DNA from: Candidatus Binatia bacterium
GTDB taxonomy: Bacteria; Desulfobacterota; Binatia; Bin18
Assembly (NCBI GenBank): GCA_963666315.2
Contig: CAXXHG010000036.1
Location: 32,001 to 96,000, forward strand
Direction of reading: 5' to 3'
DNA: 64,000 nt
The position numbers and the translations under genes were made by a program. The notes below the pieces were generated by a model that saw nothing but the letters and a program-made list of their open reading frames with translations, ran no database searches and was not told the DNA's origin. Of the stretch, positions 10,696 through 21,063 are shown piece by piece (the first letter of the stretch is position 1; the number at the start of each line of letters is the position of its first letter).

Positions 10696-10721
10696 TGTCA
10701 TACCTGCGAAAGCAGGTATCC
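10696..10721. repeat. Short palindromic repeat TGTCA-TACCTGC-GAAA-GCAGGTA-TCC
   Basis: Perfect 7-bp stem with GAAA loop; may double as the terminator of the SDR gene. Confidence 0.55.
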
Positions 10722-10774
10722 TGGCCTACGGGACAAGGCGGAATTTTGGTAGCAGTTCTAAGGACACTGCTACG

Positions 10775-11539
10775 CTAGGCCAACGTGACCCCACCATCGA
10801 CAATAATGTTTTGGCCTGTCACAAAATCTGAGGCGGGTGATGCCAGGAAAATGGCCGCGCCAACAAGATCGCGCGGTTCCCCCAAACGGCGCAGGGGCGT
10901 TTGCCGGAGCATTTCTTTCTCAACTTCAGGCCGGGTGAGATGCGGCGCCGTCATCCCGGTGCGAATATAGCCAGGACTAAAACAGTTCACATATATGCTG
11001 TGTTTGGCCCAGCGCATGGCCAGCACCCGGGTGAGTTGGATGACACCGGCCTTGGCAGTCGAATAGGTCAGGCCCGAATTCACAATCAGACCGGATATCG
11101 AAGCCGTATTCACAATCTTGCCGCCACCGTGTTCGATCATGTATCGACCCGCCGCCTGACAGCACAGAAACGCGCCGGTCAAATCCACATCCAGCTCTTC
11201 ACGCCAATCCGCTTCGCTCAGATCTTCAGGTTTCCCCAGTTTGAGAATGCCGGCATTGTTAAAAGCAAAGTCTAGACCTCCCAGCTCTTCAGCAGTGACG
11301 CGGACAAGCTCTTCAACTTGGCTTTTCTGAGAGACGTCGATATGCAGGGCAATGCCTTGACCGTTCTGGGAGCGGATCTCTTCGGCTACGTGTTCGGCCG
11401 CCCCCAGGTTGATGTCACTCACGATCACGGCTGCACCTGCCTCGGCCATACCGACGGCAATGGCGTGGCCTAATCCTGAGCCGCCGCCGGTCACGTAACC
11501 TCTTTTTCCTGATAAATCAAACAGGACATGTCCGCTCAT
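10775..11539 (-). CDS. SDR family oxidoreductase
   Basis: TGGGSGLG, NNAG, YSTAK, VDGG. Confidence 0.93.
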   Translation of the reverse strand: MSGHVLFDLSGKRGYVTGGGSGLGHAIAVGMAEAGAAVIVSDINLGAAEHVAEEIRSQNGQGIALHIDVSQKSQVEELVRVTAEELGGLDFAFNNAGILKLGKPEDLSEADWREELDVDLTGAFLCCQAAGRYMIEHGGGKIVNTASISGLIVNSGLTYSTAKAGVIQLTRVLAMRWAKHSIYVNCFSPGYIRTGMTAPHLTRPEVEKEMLRQTPLRRLGEPRDLVGAAIFLASPASDFVTGQNIIVDGGVTLA

Positions 11540-11639
11540 TACTCTTCCTTCCCTGTTGGCATCGGGGTCTGTTTGTATCGAGCTTCAACCCACGAGACAA
11601 GACAGGATTCCCGCCTGTCGTTGAAGAAGTCGGGCCCTT

Positions 11640-13178
11640 ATGACATATCTAACTCAGAGAGACCATGCAGCCACTATTCCCCAAAGATACACCGAAAGGC
11701 AGCCTGTGAACGAACAGATAACACGGCAGGAATGGAGTCTGCACTGGTCAGTTTTCTGGGGCTGCAGGCTTTTTTTCTTTGTGTCACTCCTGACGGTCTG
11801 TAGCCCACAGCCTGCCGACGCAGCGAATATCGATTGGAACGTCATTGAAAAAGAGGCCGGAGTCTTACTGAGTCGATCCATACAAATTGACACCTCTAAT
11901 CCGCCGGGTAACGAGACAGCCGCAGCGAACTTCTGGCAAAAAGTCCTCGCTCAGGAAGGCATCGACTCACACATCTATGAGTCTGCACCCAACCGAGGCA
12001 TTGTGTACGCACGGCTCAAGGGCAATGGCAAGAAAAAAGCGCTGATCCTGCTGCACCATCTCGATGTGGTTCCCGCCGACCCCGAAGAGTGGGACATCGA
12101 TCCGTTTGGTGGCATCATTACAGATGGTTATGTGCACGGCCGGGGAGCGATAGATTGTAAAGGCGTTGCCGTAGTGCAGTTTCTCGCCGTGGCGCTACTC
12201 AAACGAACGGGCATGACGTTGGACCGCGATATCATTTTTCTGGGAACCGGAGATGAAGAAGCTGGCGGGCAACAGGGCGCCGGCTGGTTTGTAGAGCATC
12301 ATTTTGATCTGATTCGCGATGCCGAGTTCCTGCTGACCGAAGGTGGCGGTATTCGGCAACGTGACGGCAAACGCTCGTACCGGATCTCCGTTGCAGAGAA
12401 AGCACCGTGCTGGATTGAACTCACGGCAACAGGACCGGCAGGACACGGCGCGAGCCCGGTTCCAGAGACTGCCGTAAACCGCCTCGTGCGTGCCTTGGAG
12501 AAGATTCGTCGCTACGAAACCGCATTCAAAGTGGTGCCTGCCGTGCAGGCCTATTTTACAGCGCTGGCTGAATATGAAGACGCCCAAACGGCGGAGCAGT
12601 ATCGATCTCTCGAACAGTCGCTCAAGAACGAGACCTTCCGTAAGGAGTTTACTGCGAATCGAGGCCATAACGCTCTGGTCCGGAACACCATCTCACTCAC
12701 CGTTCTCAACGGCAGTCCGAAAACCAATATTGTTCCGGCCTCAGCCTCAGCCCAACTCGACTGCCGCCTGTTGCCGGGCGAAGATCCCCAACAATTTATC
12801 GCGATGCTCAAAAAGATTGTGGGTGATCCGAACATCCAGTTCTCGACCCTCTTAAACTTCCCCTCAGTCGCTTCGGACCCAGATACCCCACTCTTTCATG
12901 CTATCCACTCGGTTGCGAACCGCAGAGATCCTCACGCTCCGGTGTTACCCAGCGTCCTGGGTGGTTTCACCGATACCCACTATTTTCGAGAAAAAGGTAT
13001 TGTGAGTTATGGGTTTTCAGGACTCGCACTTAAATCTGAAGACTCGCGTGGCGTCCACGGCCTGAACGAGCGCATGCCACTCTCAGCTCTGCGAGACGCT
13101 ATCCAAGTGATGCTAGCCGTGATTCAGTCCATCGATACAATTTCCCAAAACGAAGGAGACAAGACATATGGCCATTAG
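11640..13178 (+). CDS. M20/M25/M40 metallo-hydrolase, probably secreted (true start may be later)
   Basis: HHLDVVP, GRGAIDCK, DEEAGG, HGLNER; signal-like segment ending PADA. Confidence 0.9.
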   Translation: MTYLTQRDHAATIPQRYTERQPVNEQITRQEWSLHWSVFWGCRLFFFVSLLTVCSPQPADAANIDWNVIEKEAGVLLSRSIQIDTSNPPGNETAAANFWQKVLAQEGIDSHIYESAPNRGIVYARLKGNGKKKALILLHHLDVVPADPEEWDIDPFGGIITDGYVHGRGAIDCKGVAVVQFLAVALLKRTGMTLDRDIIFLGTGDEEAGGQQGAGWFVEHHFDLIRDAEFLLTEGGGIRQRDGKRSYRISVAEKAPCWIELTATGPAGHGASPVPETAVNRLVRALEKIRRYETAFKVVPAVQAYFTALAEYEDAQTAEQYRSLEQSLKNETFRKEFTANRGHNALVRNTISLTVLNGSPKTNIVPASASAQLDCRLLPGEDPQQFIAMLKKIVGDPNIQFSTLLNFPSVASDPDTPLFHAIHSVANRRDPHAPVLPSVLGGFTDTHYFREKGIVSYGFSGLALKSEDSRGVHGLNERMPLSALRDAIQVMLAVIQSIDTISQNEGDKTYGH

Positions 13179-13428
13179 TCAAGAATTACTCGACATTCTC
13201 GTCTGTCCGGAAACCAAGCAACCCGTCGTGCTGGCCGAATGCGATTTGTTGAAAAAACTCAATGCGCAAATTCAGGACGGTACGCTCAAGAATCGCGTCG
13301 GCGAGACCGTGTCCGAAGCTATAGACGAGGCCCTGGTGCGGGAAGATCAGAGCTATTGTTATCCGATTCGGGATGACATTCCGGTCATGCTGATCGATGA
13401 AGCGATTCCGCTTGGGGAGGACGCCTAA
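13168..13428 (+). CDS. Trm112-like protein
   Basis: LLDILVCP..KQP and YPIRDDIPVMLIDEA. Confidence 0.88.
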   Translation: MAISQELLDILVCPETKQPVVLAECDLLKKLNAQIQDGTLKNRVGETVSEAIDEALVREDQSYCYPIRDDIPVMLIDEAIPLGEDA

Positions 13429-13466
13429 TTTCCAGCAGATAGAGAGAAAGCGTGGGGTCGTCTCCC

Positions 13467-14303
13467 TTAGTTCTTTTTTCGCCTCTTCGCTGCGGCCGTT
13501 TTCTTTGACCGATTCTTTGGGCCTGGACTGTCAAAAGGATAGTCGTAATCAATCATAAGCGGCGCATGGTCGGAAAAGCGCACGTCCTTATATATGGCAG
13601 TCTGCGTGGCCCGCTTAGCCAGACCCGGCGTGGCTATCTGATAATCAATCCGCCAACCGATATTTTTTGCCCAGGCCTGGCCGCGAAACGACCACCAGGT
13701 GTATTGCTCCTCTTCTTGATTGACACCACGAAATACATCGACCATCCCAGCGTGGTTGAATACTTGGGTCATCCAGTCTCGTTCCTCCGGTAGAAAGCCC
13801 GAGTTCTTCTGATTGCCACGCCAGTTTTTGAGATCTTTATTCGTATGAGCGATATTCCAATCCCCGCAGATCACCACATGTCGTCGACTGGACCGCAGGG
13901 CGGTAAGCTCGGGCAAGAGCTTGTCCATGAATTGATACTTCAGCTGTTGACGCTGCCCAGAACTGGAGCCCGACGGCAGATACATCGAAATAACAGACAG
14001 CCGTCCAAAGTCGGCGCGTAGATACCGCCCCTCAACATCAGCCTCAGGCCAGCCCCACCCGATCCGCACCCTATCCGGCTGTTTCCGAGCATACAGGCCA
14101 ACGCCCGAATAGCCCGGTTTCTCAGCATAGTGAAAGAAGCCGGAGAGTCCTCCCTCTTCTTGATAGGTCGGAATGACGTCTTTTTCTTGGGCCTTGAGCT
14201 CTTGAACACACACCACATCAGCCTGCTGTTCCTCTAGCCAGGTAAAAAAGCCTTTCTTGGCAGCGGACCGGATACCGTTGAGGTTACACGTAATAATTCG
14301 CAT
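13467..14303 (-). CDS. xth: Exodeoxyribonuclease III / AP endonuclease
   Basis: NLNGIRSA, QELK, GYSGV, GDWNIAH, GWRIDY, SDHAP. Confidence 0.95.
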   Translation of the reverse strand: MRIITCNLNGIRSAAKKGFFTWLEEQQADVVCVQELKAQEKDVIPTYQEEGGLSGFFHYAEKPGYSGVGLYARKQPDRVRIGWGWPEADVEGRYLRADFGRLSVISMYLPSGSSSGQRQQLKYQFMDKLLPELTALRSSRRHVVICGDWNIAHTNKDLKNWRGNQKNSGFLPEERDWMTQVFNHAGMVDVFRGVNQEEEQYTWWSFRGQAWAKNIGWRIDYQIATPGLAKRATQTAIYKDVRFSDHAPLMIDYDYPFDSPGPKNRSKKTAAAKRRKKN

Positions 14304-14334
14304 ATCTCGCTTCACCCACCACCGTGGCGACACA

Positions 14335-15483
14335 CTAGTTCCGGCTTTGCGCCAAGCGCGCCAGATTGGTCTTGTGCAGTTCTTTATCCAACAGGTAGAG
14401 GAACATCACGGCCATAGAGTCTTGATCAACATCCGTCGTGTTATTGTACGTGCTCACCAATTCATACCCGTGGCCTTTATAGACTGGGATACCTTCGGGG
14501 CTAGAGAAGTATTCCACATGCTCTATGCCGATGCCCTCCGGCGTTCCTCGGACCTTGCTCTTAAAGACCGTTGTGCCGGTTGTCAGATTACGCAGTTCTA
14601 AAGACTCGGCATACGGATGGAGATGAACCCCAATATAGTGCACGGTGGTGTCAAACGGCACCTGCATCCAGGTTGTGGCCAGGGTACGGTTCACTTCCCG
14701 TCCAGGTTTCACGGTCCAGTGGCCGGAGAATTTTCGACCAAAAGCGTCCTTATAAGTGTGCTGCGTCGCGCCCAGGCCAATGAGACATCCCGGGCCATAA
14801 TCTTCTGCATCCGGGTTTTTCACGTTGAAGTATGCAGCTTGGTCTTCACCTTGGCCTTCGAGTAAGACCAGCCCCGTTGCCGCAGCCATGAACAGCGGCT
14901 TCAGCGGCGCTTTCAGGTCCGCAGCTCGGACATAGTCAATCTCAATCTTATGCCTGACCTGAAACGTCTGCCCTTCGATATTGTGATTCAGCACTTGGGT
15001 ATTGAGGGAAAAGACTTCATCCGAAAAAATGGGCAAACCAAACCCGGCAGGAAACACAATATCGAACTGTCCCTGGGACAAGGTAAACAACCGGGTTGAA
15101 ACCTGTTTCTTCCATTGAAAAAGATCTCGATGCCGCGCCATATCGATGTCGAGATTGCTGTGACACATAAATTCTTGAGAGGCAGGTTCTTCCCCATCCG
15201 GCCCGACCATGACGGCCCGATAGCCGGTTACCCAGAGCAGCTCGGACGGGCTGCCCGCCTCGCCGAGCTGTACTTCCTGGACACCATACGGCCCGCGCAT
15301 GGACGGGTATTTACGATCTATGGTATACACCTCAGACAGAATGACCTTGGATTGGGTTGGGATTTCCTCACTCCAAGCGGGCTGTGCAACGGGAGTGACG
15401 ACGAAAACCAAGAGAAGAACAAAGAACAGCCGGCTCGTTTTTTCTTTCGCTGGTCCGTGTCTCAAAGAAGTCCGCTGCATCAT
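14335..15483 (-). CDS. Secreted hypothetical protein, possible copper type II (PHM/DBH-like) monooxygenase fold
   Basis: Signal peptide; VHLHP and YNNT...DSMAVMF in the C-terminal half; FMCHSN in the N-terminal half. The fold call is inference. Confidence 0.6.
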   Translation of the reverse strand: MMQRTSLRHGPAKEKTSRLFFVLLLVFVVTPVAQPAWSEEIPTQSKVILSEVYTIDRKYPSMRGPYGVQEVQLGEAGSPSELLWVTGYRAVMVGPDGEEPASQEFMCHSNLDIDMARHRDLFQWKKQVSTRLFTLSQGQFDIVFPAGFGLPIFSDEVFSLNTQVLNHNIEGQTFQVRHKIEIDYVRAADLKAPLKPLFMAAATGLVLLEGQGEDQAAYFNVKNPDAEDYGPGCLIGLGATQHTYKDAFGRKFSGHWTVKPGREVNRTLATTWMQVPFDTTVHYIGVHLHPYAESLELRNLTTGTTVFKSKVRGTPEGIGIEHVEYFSSPEGIPVYKGHGYELVSTYNNTTDVDQDSMAVMFLYLLDKELHKTNLARLAQSRN

Positions 15484-15633
15484 CTTCCCCCTTTTCCAGC
15501 GTGCACGTGAAGCGACCAACTTGCCCCACAGTCAAAATAGGGTCAACAGCCTACTCCAGAGAGAGACGAGGACCCCTTAACCCAGACATATCGTTCACCA
15601 TACCTATTTCGGGTCGGGTAGGAAGGATAGTCC

Positions 15634-16113
15634 ATGACACAGTTGCATATAGAAGGAGCAGTTGCCTCGCCCCAGGCTTTCGGACTCGAGGATTTGGTGC
15701 AACTCCCAGACCAGGTCGAAGATATCAGCTAAATCATTCCAGGCCGCGAAGGCAGTGCCGTATGTCTCCAGTCTCTCCTAGATCAAGTCGGCGTTAAGGA
15801 TAACGTCAAATACATCACCCTGGGATCAACCGATGGCAAATTTTCCGCCAGTATTCCGTTAGAAGCGGTGCAAGACGCTATCGTTGTCTATCGTCTTCAC
15901 GATGAATCTCTCCCGGCAAAAAAAGGCGGCCCCTTCCGCTTCTTTATCCCCAATGTCACCGAGTGTCATGTCGGAGAGGTTGATGCCTGCGCCAATGTGA
16001 AATTCCTTGGCCGCATTCATCTCAGCCAAGAGAAAGGCCGTGATGTGCAGACCACGAGTCCCCAATCTCACGAACAGCATCACGAGCAACCTGGACACGA
16101 ACATCTAGAGTGA
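15634..16113 (+). pseudogene. Small molybdopterin-oxidoreductase-like protein with an in-frame TAA
   Basis: One frame: MTQLHIEGAV..DIS*IIPGREG..STDGKFSASIPL..GGPFRFFIP..ANVKFLGRI; stop at 15730-15732; His-rich tail. Confidence 0.75.
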
Positions 16114-16157
16114 CCAGCATCATTAGATCAATTGATTCTGGGACCATTAGATCATGG

Positions 16158-16187
16158 TGCCGGGGCGCAGCATGCTGCGCCCCGGCA
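16158..16187. repeat. Perfect 30-bp palindrome between convergent genes (REP-like or bidirectional terminator)
   Basis: TGCCGGGGCGCAGCA-TGCTGCGCCCCGGCA. Confidence 0.8.
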
Positions 16188-16211
16188 GTTCGTAAACCGC
16201 CCTTCCCCGCT

Positions 16212-17153
16212 CTAACGCGTATAGTTCAACTTCAATCCCGGCCGAGGCCAGTCCATCGCCACCAGCTTGCCCGTGCCGGATAGCGTCATATACGCTGTTT
16301 TCAAATCCGGGCCGCCAAAGCAGATATTCGTCACAAGCGGATCACCAGGCACAGGCACATGCTCTACTGACGAGCCGTCAGGCGAGATCACCGTTATGCC
16401 CCCGTTCATAATCGTGGCGACACACACATTGCCCGCGCCATCAACCGCCAACGAATCAAGCAGCTGATACCCCGGCAGTCCAGCCAAGAGGACGCCTCCG
16501 CCAGGCCCAGCCAACAGCGGGCCACCCTCACCTTCCACACGCTCCAGCTCTCCAGGAGCGGTAATATTCCATTTCCACACCCGACCCTCAAACGTCTGGG
16601 CCGCATACAGCGTGCTGTCTCCGGGAGCCAAACCAATGCCGTTGGGGCCGTCAATCGGAAAGACTATTTCTTTGATCGTCGAGCCGTCAGGCTGGGCATA
16701 ATACAGCCCGCAGCGATCTCGGTCTCGGTCCCGGACTTTCCCAAAGTCGCTGATCCACATGCCACCGGTGGCATCAAAAACAATGTCATTCGGGCCACAC
16801 AGCTTGTTTCCGGCACACTCGGTATAAATGGTTTCGACACTGCCGGTGTCGATATCCACGCGCTGGATGTACCCATTCGTATAGCTGGTGGGTAGCCCGT
16901 GCGGGACGGTCAGACCGCCAGCGTCTATCCACTCAAATCCACCATTATTGCAGACATAGCACTTGCCGTCGGGGCCGATGGCCGCGCCGTTCGGGCCGCC
17001 GCCTGTTTCCGCTATCACCTCTTTTGTTCCGTCGGGCTGCACCCGGGTCAGGGTCCCGCGCTTAATTTCAACTAGGATGACGCTGCCGTCATCCATGGCT
17101 ATCGGGCCTTCCGGGAACTCAAGACCAGATGTGATCTCACGAATCTCTGCCAT
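16212..17153 (-). CDS. SMP-30/gluconolactonase/LRE family protein
   Basis: FPEGP, GGPNG, GPNDIVFD, DSLAVD, TNICFGG. Confidence 0.92.
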   Translation of the reverse strand: MAEIREITSGLEFPEGPIAMDDGSVILVEIKRGTLTRVQPDGTKEVIAETGGGPNGAAIGPDGKCYVCNNGGFEWIDAGGLTVPHGLPTSYTNGYIQRVDIDTGSVETIYTECAGNKLCGPNDIVFDATGGMWISDFGKVRDRDRDRCGLYYAQPDGSTIKEIVFPIDGPNGIGLAPGDSTLYAAQTFEGRVWKWNITAPGELERVEGEGGPLLAGPGGGVLLAGLPGYQLLDSLAVDGAGNVCVATIMNGGITVISPDGSSVEHVPVPGDPLVTNICFGGPDLKTAYMTLSGTGKLVAMDWPRPGLKLNYTR

Positions 17154-17844
17154 ACTTCGTCCTCCTTTTGTCGGTGTTTGGGTTTTGTATCACACCAGAG
17201 GAGCGAGAGTCATTAGCTGCTTCTCCGCTTTGCCCTGCAATCGGGATCGAACCACCAAGCTCCCAGCTTCTATAGTCGTCCGCTAAAGGATGGGCGGGGA
17301 GGTCAGTGGGCGAGGCGATAAGTATTGTGGCTTGCCGCATATCAGCAAGCAGCTGCAGAACAGCTGCTGCTCCATCGGCATCCATCTCAGCCAGAGGCTC
17401 ATCCAACAAGAAGAGGCGCGGCTGGAGCACCAGCGCTCGGGCTAGAGCCACGCGCCGAATTTCCCCACCTGACAGTCGGCTGACACTCCGTTGCGCCAAC
17501 TGCCCGATGCCCAACTGCTCCAATACGTTCAGGGCTAACGGCTCAGCTGCCGGCTTTGTGAAACGCCGCGCGCGCAGGCCAAACAGGACGTTCGAGAGCA
17601 CGCTGCCCCGAAAAAGATACGGTCTTTGATGGATATATACACACTGCCCAGGATCAACCTGGACCGCACGCCGGCCAGTATACTCAGTCTCTAATCCGGC
17701 GATCAGCCGCAACAAGGTCGTCTTGCCTGAACCATTCCCGCCCAGGATGAGGAGGCGTTCACCAGGCTGGACCGCAAGGGCATCGACCGAGCAAATGACC
17801 TGACCGTTTTTCCACACTCGAAGATTTTGCAGATCAATGATCAC
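17137..17844 (-). CDS. tupC: Tungstate ABC transporter ATP-binding subunit
   Basis: GGNGSGKT, LSGGE, LLDEP; in operon with tupAB. The C-terminal tail looks non-homologous. Confidence 0.75.
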   Translation of the reverse strand: MIIDLQNLRVWKNGQVICSVDALAVQPGERLLILGGNGSGKTTLLRLIAGLETEYTGRRAVQVDPGQCVYIHQRPYLFRGSVLSNVLFGLRARRFTKPAAEPLALNVLEQLGIGQLAQRSVSRLSGGEIRRVALARALVLQPRLFLLDEPLAEMDADGAAAVLQLLADMRQATILIASPTDLPAHPLADDYRSWELGGSIPIAGQSGEAANDSRSSGVIQNPNTDKRRTKYGRDS

Positions 17845-17847
17845 AGC

Positions 17848-18543
17848 TCAGGTCTCTTCCTGACGAGCAAAGCGGGCCATGACGAGCATGACCACAAGAG
17901 CCATCAGCAGCAGAATGAGGCCCATGGCCAGTCCACGACCAAACTCTCCTTTGCCCGTCTCCAGTGCGGTTGCCGTAGCCAACGTCCGCGTCCGCCCGGC
18001 GATATTCCCGCCCACCATCATCGCAATGCCGAGTTCGGTCACACATCGGGCAAAGGCAGTCAGTATCCCCAGCGACACCCCAATGCGCGCCTCGGACACG
18101 TATAACCGCCAACGCAGCAGCAGGCCTGCTCCGAGGGTTTTCGCAGTTTCGCTCACCCGATAGTCGAGCGCTTGGATAGCCCCGTGCGTCAGCGACACCA
18201 CAATCGGCAAAGCCAGCATTAACTCTCCGATCACGATCACCCACGGCGTGTACAACAGGTTCAGCGGACCAAAAACGCCGCGGCGCGAGAAGATCGAATA
18301 ACACACCACGCCGATGAATACGGTGGGAAGCGCCATGCCGGCGCGACACAAAGTGACCAGCAGCGCCTGCCCAGGAAATGACCGCCGCGCCAGCAGTGTT
18401 CCGAGCGGGAGCCCGATACTCCCGGCCAAGACCACGGCCAGCACAGAAATCCCTAGAGTGCGGCCCGCCGCAGCCATAACCAAGGCATCGCCGGTCGAAA
18501 CTAAATGCCAGGCTTCTTGCAGCCCGTCCCATAGTAATTGCAC
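17848..18543 (-). CDS. tupB: Tungstate ABC transporter permease
   Basis: MALPTVFIG, ELGIAMMVGGNIAGRTRTLATA..ETGKGEF. Confidence 0.88.
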   Translation of the reverse strand: MQLLWDGLQEAWHLVSTGDALVMAAAGRTLGISVLAVVLAGSIGLPLGTLLARRSFPGQALLVTLCRAGMALPTVFIGVVCYSIFSRRGVFGPLNLLYTPWVIVIGELMLALPIVVSLTHGAIQALDYRVSETAKTLGAGLLLRWRLYVSEARIGVSLGILTAFARCVTELGIAMMVGGNIAGRTRTLATATALETGKGEFGRGLAMGLILLLMALVVMLVMARFARQEET

Positions 18544-18552
18544 GGCAGATGC

Positions 18553-19416
18553 TCAGCTCGCAGTCGGCCGGAGGTGTAGCGGATAGAATAAACGGTCGCC
18601 CTCCAGCATATAGTCCCGAATCCGTTTCTGGCCGCGCTCGGAAATCAGGAAATCCACAAAGGCGTTTGCACGGGTCACGTTGCCTGCGCTACTCGGCAGC
18701 CCTGTTTTGACCACAATAATACCGTAGGAATTGCGTAAGCCCTGGGACGATGTGACCATAGGCAGCAGCTCTGTTTTGGATTTGAAACGTAGATACGTCG
18801 CTTTGTCGGTCAGAATATAAGCCTGCATTTGGTCCGCCATAATCAAACTTGCACCCATGCCCTGGCCACTCTCCACATATTTCTCCCACACGGCCTTGCC
18901 GCCGCCAGCCTCCCACAGAGTGAGTTCGCGTTGATGCGTACCACTCTCGTCACCACGCGAGACAAAGGGTTGTCTGGCTATCATGATTTGCTGGAGTGCG
19001 GCCACGGCATCCATACCCCTCACCTTGGCAGGATCAGCCGACGGTCCGACAATGAGAAAAGTATTATACATCACGTCTTCACGCCGACTGCCAAAACCCG
19101 CCGCCATAAAAACGTCCTCTGCCATGCGTGCATGCACGAGCAGGGCGTCGACATCGCCGGCTTCACCGAGTTTGAGAGCCTTGCCCGTTCCAACCGCAAT
19201 GACATCGACCCGTACACCGTGGTCTTTTTCAAAGATCGGAACGAGTTGATCCAATAGTCCGGAATCGCGCGTGCTGGTTGTGACGGCCAGACGAAGAACC
19301 GCGCTCTGCCGCGACTCCGCCCTCTCAGCACTCTCACACCCCAAGCAAAAGAGCACCACGAACAGGCTGACCAACAGGAAGTTTCGTATTGGCTCGGGCT
19401 TATCTTCACTCATCAT
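18553..19416 (-). CDS. tupA: Tungstate ABC transporter substrate-binding lipoprotein
   Basis: TTSTRDSGLL, VGTGKAL, SRGDESGTH, GQGMG; lipobox-like LGC. Confidence 0.9.
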   Translation of the reverse strand: MMSEDKPEPIRNFLLVSLFVVLFCLGCESAERAESRQSAVLRLAVTTSTRDSGLLDQLVPIFEKDHGVRVDVIAVGTGKALKLGEAGDVDALLVHARMAEDVFMAAGFGSRREDVMYNTFLIVGPSADPAKVRGMDAVAALQQIMIARQPFVSRGDESGTHQRELTLWEAGGGKAVWEKYVESGQGMGASLIMADQMQAYILTDKATYLRFKSKTELLPMVTSSQGLRNSYGIIVVKTGLPSSAGNVTRANAFVDFLISERGQKRIRDYMLEGDRLFYPLHLRPTAS

Positions 19417-19507
19417 CTGTTTGAAATACAGCGAGCTAGAGCCTCCGGATAGAGCCCAAGAAATTTCCTTCCTTTTTCAACTACGATAGTCTTAGCCGAT
19501 TCTGATA

Positions 19508-19536
19508 TGTAGGGGCGAGGTCACCTCGCCCCTACA
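19508..19536. repeat. GTAG-type REP palindrome
   Basis: TGTAGGGGCGAGGT-C-ACCTCGCCCCTACA. Confidence 0.85.
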
Positions 19537-19608
19537 CCCGCTATTATCTCGGCCAAAACGTCTGGTTGTACGAATGGATTGCCTAAGAATAGCCTCAACA
19601 CGATGTGA

Positions 19609-20540
19609 TCAGAACACGCACTCGTCACTGCCCGAGTCGCTGAACGTCTGTCCGGCAATAGGCACGAACTCCCAGTCGTAACTGGTCTCATACAGTTTCA
19701 ACTTCAGGAGGCCGTGTGTAGCCTTCTCTCGGACTTCGCTGTTGGCTCGAATTTTTTTGAATTTGCTCAGCCCTTTGCCGCCTGTCCCAACCACAAACTC
19801 TCGGATGCCGGTAGCGGGGTCCGCCGCTCCATCCGGCGTCTGTGGGGCAAAGCGCTCATAGACGTGATCATGGCCGTTGACGACCGCATCTGCACCAAAT
19901 TCATACAAGACGCGCCACACTTCGCGCATATGGCCATCACTACCGTGTTTAGGAGTACGGTATCGAAGGGCTGCCCATTGAGGTTGACCCCAGTCAGCAT
20001 AATCTCGGTCGGGCTCATGGCATCGAACTGAGCACTCATCACGTTCAAAACGACCGAGCTAGGATTTTCCGTCCCAGGGGCATTGGATACTAGGAAGTCC
20101 ACGCTGATGGTTGCTGTTTCTCCGTTTGTGTTCGTGGCGACAACGTCTAAGGTATGCGGCCCATTGGTCAGCAGCCGGGTGTTGAGCGCGACGGCAAATC
20201 CAGACCGCTTGGCATCCAGCACATGCGGATAGGCCGTCGCTACATCTTCTCGATCACCACCGTATCCAATCGCAAGCCCCTTATTTCCGCCATCAATGAA
20301 GAACTGTACATCTCGTATCGAGTGCGTTTCTCCGACGGCCCAGCCAAAACACGAGACTATCCCCGATAGCACCTTCCCATGGCTAGGATTGTCAATAAAT
20401 ATGGCAGGAGGAGTAGCCCAGACAGGAAAAACAAAGGCAAGATTGAGGAACAAAAGACTGAGCAAACGTATATAGACTCTTGCGTACAATGACAGCGGGT
20501 CATAATTGTTAGCCACGTTCTCGTGCGTCGGATTCCCCAT
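19609..20540 (-). pseudogene. Ig-like-domain N-terminus joined out of frame to a metallophosphoesterase C-terminus
   Basis: N part: signal peptide, IDNP..GWA..REDVA..SGF..NGPHTL. After ~19950 another frame gives KHGSDGHM..NGHDHVYERF..VVGTGG. The earlier phosphoesterase motifs are absent. Confidence 0.75.
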
Positions 20541-20911
20541 AACAGCCAGCTCCATTCTTCGCAAGATGTTCAGCCTGCCGTGTAGTCGTTTGCAGCGTCT
20601 ACGGATAAAAACTAACGGCCAGTGCTAGTGGTGGACCTAGCAACGTAGGGGCCAGCCCTCAGACCAGAGAAATCACATGTCTTTGGGGTAGGACCTCGCA
20701 AAGAAAGAAGGAAGGCTGCAAAAAACGTCGACAATAATTGCAGCCGTAAGACCGAGAAGAAAAGGGGAAATGAGGTGGAGTGAGTACGGATCGTACGGCA
20801 GCTGCCCCTCAATTGGGACCAAGGCACGATACAAAGCGAAAGCCATACCGAGGCGTCCCTTCCCCAGCACCCCTCAGTCCCCCTCCGCACACCGCCGCTC
20901 CTCAGCGCATA

Positions 20912-21063
20912 AGCAAGACACGAGCGTGTCTATTCCGCCGGAATTCCTTGAGCTCGGCGCAGAATACAATCTCGAGGTTTTGGCAAGAGAAGTAGGCGGA
21001 AACCAAACACTCTCGTCGAGCTCCTTCGAGACGCAAGAGTATGCAGACTCGGCCGGCTTATGA
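20912..21063 (+). pseudogene. Orphan C-terminal fragment of a secreted beta-sandwich protein
   Basis: SVSIPPEFLELGAEYNLEVLAREVGGNQT resembles an FN3-like tail; no credible upstream part. Confidence 0.45.
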
